Source: Polyangiaceae bacterium (GTDB lineage Bacteria > Myxococcota_A > Polyangia > Polyangiales > Polyangiaceae). Taken from it: a stretch of DNA of 64,000 nucleotides. Below are positions 61,024 through 64,000 of this stretch, piece after piece. The position numbers and the translations under genes are program-made. The DNA is taken from contig JAPSGB010000003.1 in assembly GCA_035063585.1 (NCBI GenBank), positions 1 through 64,000 of the forward strand, read 5' to 3'. Positions within the stretch are counted from its first letter, which is position 1. Each line of letters starts with the position of its first letter. The notes under the pieces are model-generated. The model saw only the letters and a list, made by a program, of their open reading frames with translations, was not told where the DNA came from and searched no databases.

Positions 61024-63627
61024 ATGACCACCTCGCACCGTCTGCACGCACGCTGCTCGGCCGCCGGAGCCGGGTCGCCGTTCACCCTGAGCGGGACCGA
61101 GCGAAAATACGAGCGCTCGCGTCCCTTCACGATCTCGCACCTCGCGCTCGAGCTGACCCTCGATTTCCCGCGCAAGAGCGTGGCCGGCGTGGCCACCATC
61201 GAGTTCGAGCGCGTCTCCGCCGACGAGCGCCAGTTCGAGCTCGACGCGGTCGGCTTCGAGCTCTCACGCGTGGAGCTCCACGCGGGCAAGGGATGGGAGC
61301 GAGCCAGCTACGAGTACGACGGTGACCGGCTCAGGGTGAGCGTCCCTGCGAGAGTGAAGCGCGGGCGCGTGCGCGTGCGCTATCGCGCGACGCCGCGGCG
61401 CGGGATGTATTTCCTCGCGCCCGACGAGCAGGTGAAGGACCGCCCCGTGCAGGTGTGGACGCAGTGCCAAGACGAGGACGCGCGCCACTTCATGCCGTGC
61501 CACGACAAGCCACACGTCAAGATGACGACCGAGCTCATCGCGCATGTGCCGGCGGGCTTCACGGTGCTCTCGAACGGCGAGCTCGCGCGGCGCGACACGC
61601 CGCGCGGCAAGAAGCCGTGGACGTATCACTTCAAGATGAACGAACCGCACCCGAGCTACCTCATGACGCTGGTGGCCGGGCACTTCGACGTCATCGAGGA
61701 TCGCGCGGCGCGCGTGGGCGTGCCGGCGCGCGAGATCCCGGTCACCTATTACGTGCCGCCGGGCAAGAAGGCCGACGGCGCGCGCAGCTTCGGCGAGACG
61801 CCGCGCATGATCGAGCTCTTCTCGCGGCTCACCGGGATCCCGTTCCCGTGGAGCCGCTACTCGCAGATCGTGGTGAGCGACTTCATCTTCGGCGGGATGG
61901 AGAACACCACCGCGACCACCATGTACGAGTACGTGCTGCTCGACGCGCGCGCGGCGCTCGACGCCTCGAGCGCCGATCTCGTCGCGCACGAGCTCGCGCA
62001 CCAGTGGTTCGGTGACCACGTCACCTGCCGCGACTGGTCGCACGCCTGGCTGAACGAGGGGTTCGCGACCTTCTTCGAGCATCTGGAGCGGGAGGACCGC
62101 CTCGGTCGCGACGAGTACGACTACGGGCTCCACGGCGATCTCGCCGCGTACCTCGGCGAGGCGAGCGGCCGTTACCGGCGCGCCATCGTGTGCCGCGACT
62201 ACGAGCATCCGATCGATTTGTTCGATCGCCACCTCTATGAGAAGGGCGGGCTGGTCCTCCACATGCTGCGCCGTGAGCTCGGCGACGAGGTGTTCTGGCG
62301 CGGGATCCACGCGTACCTCTCCGGCCACGCCGGCGGAATCGTCGAGACGAACGACCTCATGCGCGCCCTCGAAGGAGTCAGCGGACGCTCGCTCGAGCGC
62401 TTCTTCGACCAGTGGGTGTACCGCCCGGGCCACCCCGAGCTCAGGGTCCAGATCTCGTATGAGCACGGCCTCCTCTCCGTCTCGGTGAAGCAGACGCAAG
62501 CGAGCGGTGAGACGGCCGTGTTCGCCTTCCCGCTCGAGATCGAGCTCGCCGATCACGCCGGCAAGACGCGTCGCTTCTCCAAGGAGGTGACGTCGGCGAA
62601 CGACGCGCTCGTGCTCAAGCTCGGCGAGCGCCCGCTGTGGGTCGCCTTCGACCCCGACTCGCGCGTCATGGGCGAGGTGACGCTGGAGGTCCCGGCGGAC
62701 CTCTTGCGCGCGCAGCTCGAGCGGGGAACTACCGCGCGGGAGCGCTGGGCCGCGGCCGAGGCGCTCGCCAAGCGCGACGACGCGCCGACCGTGGCCGCGC
62801 TCGCCCAGGCCCTTGGAAATCGCAAGGAAGCCTGGATGGTGCGCGCGGAGGCGGCCCACGCGCTCGGTCGAATCAAGGGCGCGGAGGCCTTCGCGGCGCT
62901 CCGCGCGGAGCTCGGCGATCCGCACCCGAAGGTCCGGCGCGCGGCGGCGTCTGCGCTCGGTAACTTCCGCAGCCCGGCCGCGGCCGAGGCGCTCGCCCCG
63001 CTGGTCAAGAAGGATCCGAGCTACCTGGTGGAAGCGGAGGCCTCGCGCGCGCTCGGCCGGACGCGGCAACCGGCCGCCTTGAAGGCGCTGCTCGGCGGCC
63101 TCGACCGCGCCTCGTGGGCGGACGTGATCCGCGCCGGCACGCTCGACGGACTCTCGGCGCTGCGCGACGAGCGCGCGGTACCGGAGGTGCTCGAGCGCTC
63201 GCGGTACGGCGTGCCGACGCGCGGTCGCCGCGCAGCGATCGCCGCGCTCGCAGAGCTCTCGACCGAGCGGAAGGTCCGCGAGCACCTCGAGCTGCTCCTC
63301 GACGACCACGATCCATACCTCCGCATCGACGTGGTCCGGGCGCTCGAGTCGATGGGGGACGCGAAGGCGCTCGGCGCGCTCCGCCGCGCGCTCGCGCGCG
63401 AGCTCGATGGGCGCGTCGCTCGCCGGATCCGCGAGGCGCTCCGCAGCATGTCCGACGGCGGCGCCGCCGACCAGAAGCGAGTCAAGGACGAGCTCGAGAC
63501 GCTGCGCGGCGAGCTCACCGAGCTCAAGGCCCGCCTCGGCAAGCTCGAGGGCTCCGGACCGGCAGCGAAGTCGCCCCGAAAGGCCGCGACCGGCCGCGGC
63601 GCGTCCGCCCGAGGGGCGAGGTCATGA
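61024..63627 (+). CDS. M1 aminopeptidase with HEAT repeats and C-terminal coiled coil
   Basis: GGMEN, HELAHQWFG...WLNEG, YEKG; repeated VR..AA.ALG. Confidence 0.93.
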   Translation: MTTSHRLHARCSAAGAGSPFTLSGTERKYERSRPFTISHLALELTLDFPRKSVAGVATIEFERVSADERQFELDAVGFELSRVELHAGKGWERASYEYDGDRLRVSVPARVKRGRVRVRYRATPRRGMYFLAPDEQVKDRPVQVWTQCQDEDARHFMPCHDKPHVKMTTELIAHVPAGFTVLSNGELARRDTPRGKKPWTYHFKMNEPHPSYLMTLVAGHFDVIEDRAARVGVPAREIPVTYYVPPGKKADGARSFGETPRMIELFSRLTGIPFPWSRYSQIVVSDFIFGGMENTTATTMYEYVLLDARAALDASSADLVAHELAHQWFGDHVTCRDWSHAWLNEGFATFFEHLEREDRLGRDEYDYGLHGDLAAYLGEASGRYRRAIVCRDYEHPIDLFDRHLYEKGGLVLHMLRRELGDEVFWRGIHAYLSGHAGGIVETNDLMRALEGVSGRSLERFFDQWVYRPGHPELRVQISYEHGLLSVSVKQTQASGETAVFAFPLEIELADHAGKTRRFSKEVTSANDALVLKLGERPLWVAFDPDSRVMGEVTLEVPADLLRAQLERGTTARERWAAAEALAKRDDAPTVAALAQALGNRKEAWMVRAEAAHALGRIKGAEAFAALRAELGDPHPKVRRAAASALGNFRSPAAAEALAPLVKKDPSYLVEAEASRALGRTRQPAALKALLGGLDRASWADVIRAGTLDGLSALRDERAVPEVLERSRYGVPTRGRRAAIAALAELSTERKVREHLELLLDDHDPYLRIDVVRALESMGDAKALGALRRALARELDGRVARRIREALRSMSDGGAADQKRVKDELETLRGELTELKARLGKLEGSGPAAKSPRKAATGRGASARGARS

Positions 63628-64000
63628 GCGACGAGCAGCCGCTCCGCGTCGAGCGCCGAGGTGGCGTCGCGCTCATCACCATCGATCGACCCGACCGGAT
63701 GAACGCGCTCTCGCGGGCGACCCTGCTCGCCTTCGAGGAGCTCGGCCGCAGCATCTTCGAGGACCGCGCGCTCCGCGCCATCGTGCTCACCGGCGCGGGC
63801 GACCGCGCGTTCTCGGCCGGAGCGGATCTGAAGGAGCGCAAGGGCATGAACGAGAACGCGGTGCGTGAGCTGCTCAGGCTCTATCGGCGGAGCCTCCTGT
63901 GGCTCGAGCGCTCGCCGGTACCGGTGGTGGCGGCGCTCAACGGGGTCGCCTTCGGCGGCGGTCTCGAGCTCGCGCTGCTCTGCGATCTCCGCATCGCGTC
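63624..64000 (+). CDS. Enoyl-CoA hydratase/isomerase family, truncated by the window end
   Basis: Translated by hand: MSDEQPLRVERRGGVALITIDRPDRMNAL...AFSAGADLKER...NGVAFGGGLELALLCDLRIA. ATGA overlap with the peptidase. Confidence 0.9.
   Translation, partial: MSDEQPLRVERRGGVALITIDRPDRMNALSRATLLAFEELGRSIFEDRALRAIVLTGAGDRAFSAGADLKERKGMNENAVRELLRLYRRSLLWLERSPVPVVAALNGVAFGGGLELALLCDLRIA

Overview
Very GC-rich, gene-dense chromosomal window from a myxobacterium, probably Polyangiales/Sorangiineae-like. This is inferred from MYXO-CTERM proteins, Gly-rich lipoproteins, a GltJ/AgmX-like protein and a TSP3-OmpA protein. About 55 CDSs. Contents in order: the tail of a surface-polysaccharide cluster (glycosyltransferases, flippase, two methyltransferases, rfbF/rfbG/epimerase); secA; a complete norCBQDEF nitric oxide reductase operon with a di-heme NorC and an FNR/DNR box; rsmG; several outer-membrane and lipoprotein genes; a probable 6S RNA upstream of ygfA; a gdh-argD-argF-(P1B-ATPase-like)-fur run; proS; a B12 acyl-CoA mutase large subunit with ICM-type residues; TetR-EmrB-EmrA; an envelope cluster (DUF4114-like/Cys-rich MYXO-CTERM, TSP3-OmpA, zinc-ribbon membrane protein, GltJ-like); recD2; and an M1 aminopeptidase. 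No rRNA, tRNA, CRISPR or mobile element was seen. Three observations stand out. (1) An intact, translationally coupled P1B-ATPase homologue has lost every catalytic and transport motif (DKTGT to CARGT, etc.) but keeps a TRASH-type metal-binding domain and ATP-binding residues, and it sits next to fur. (2) TAnnnT hexamers recur 6-8 nt before start codons, suggesting widespread leaderless mRNAs. (3) One lipoprotein consists almost entirely of Gly-X-X repeats. All calls come from motif recognition by eye; no searches were run.
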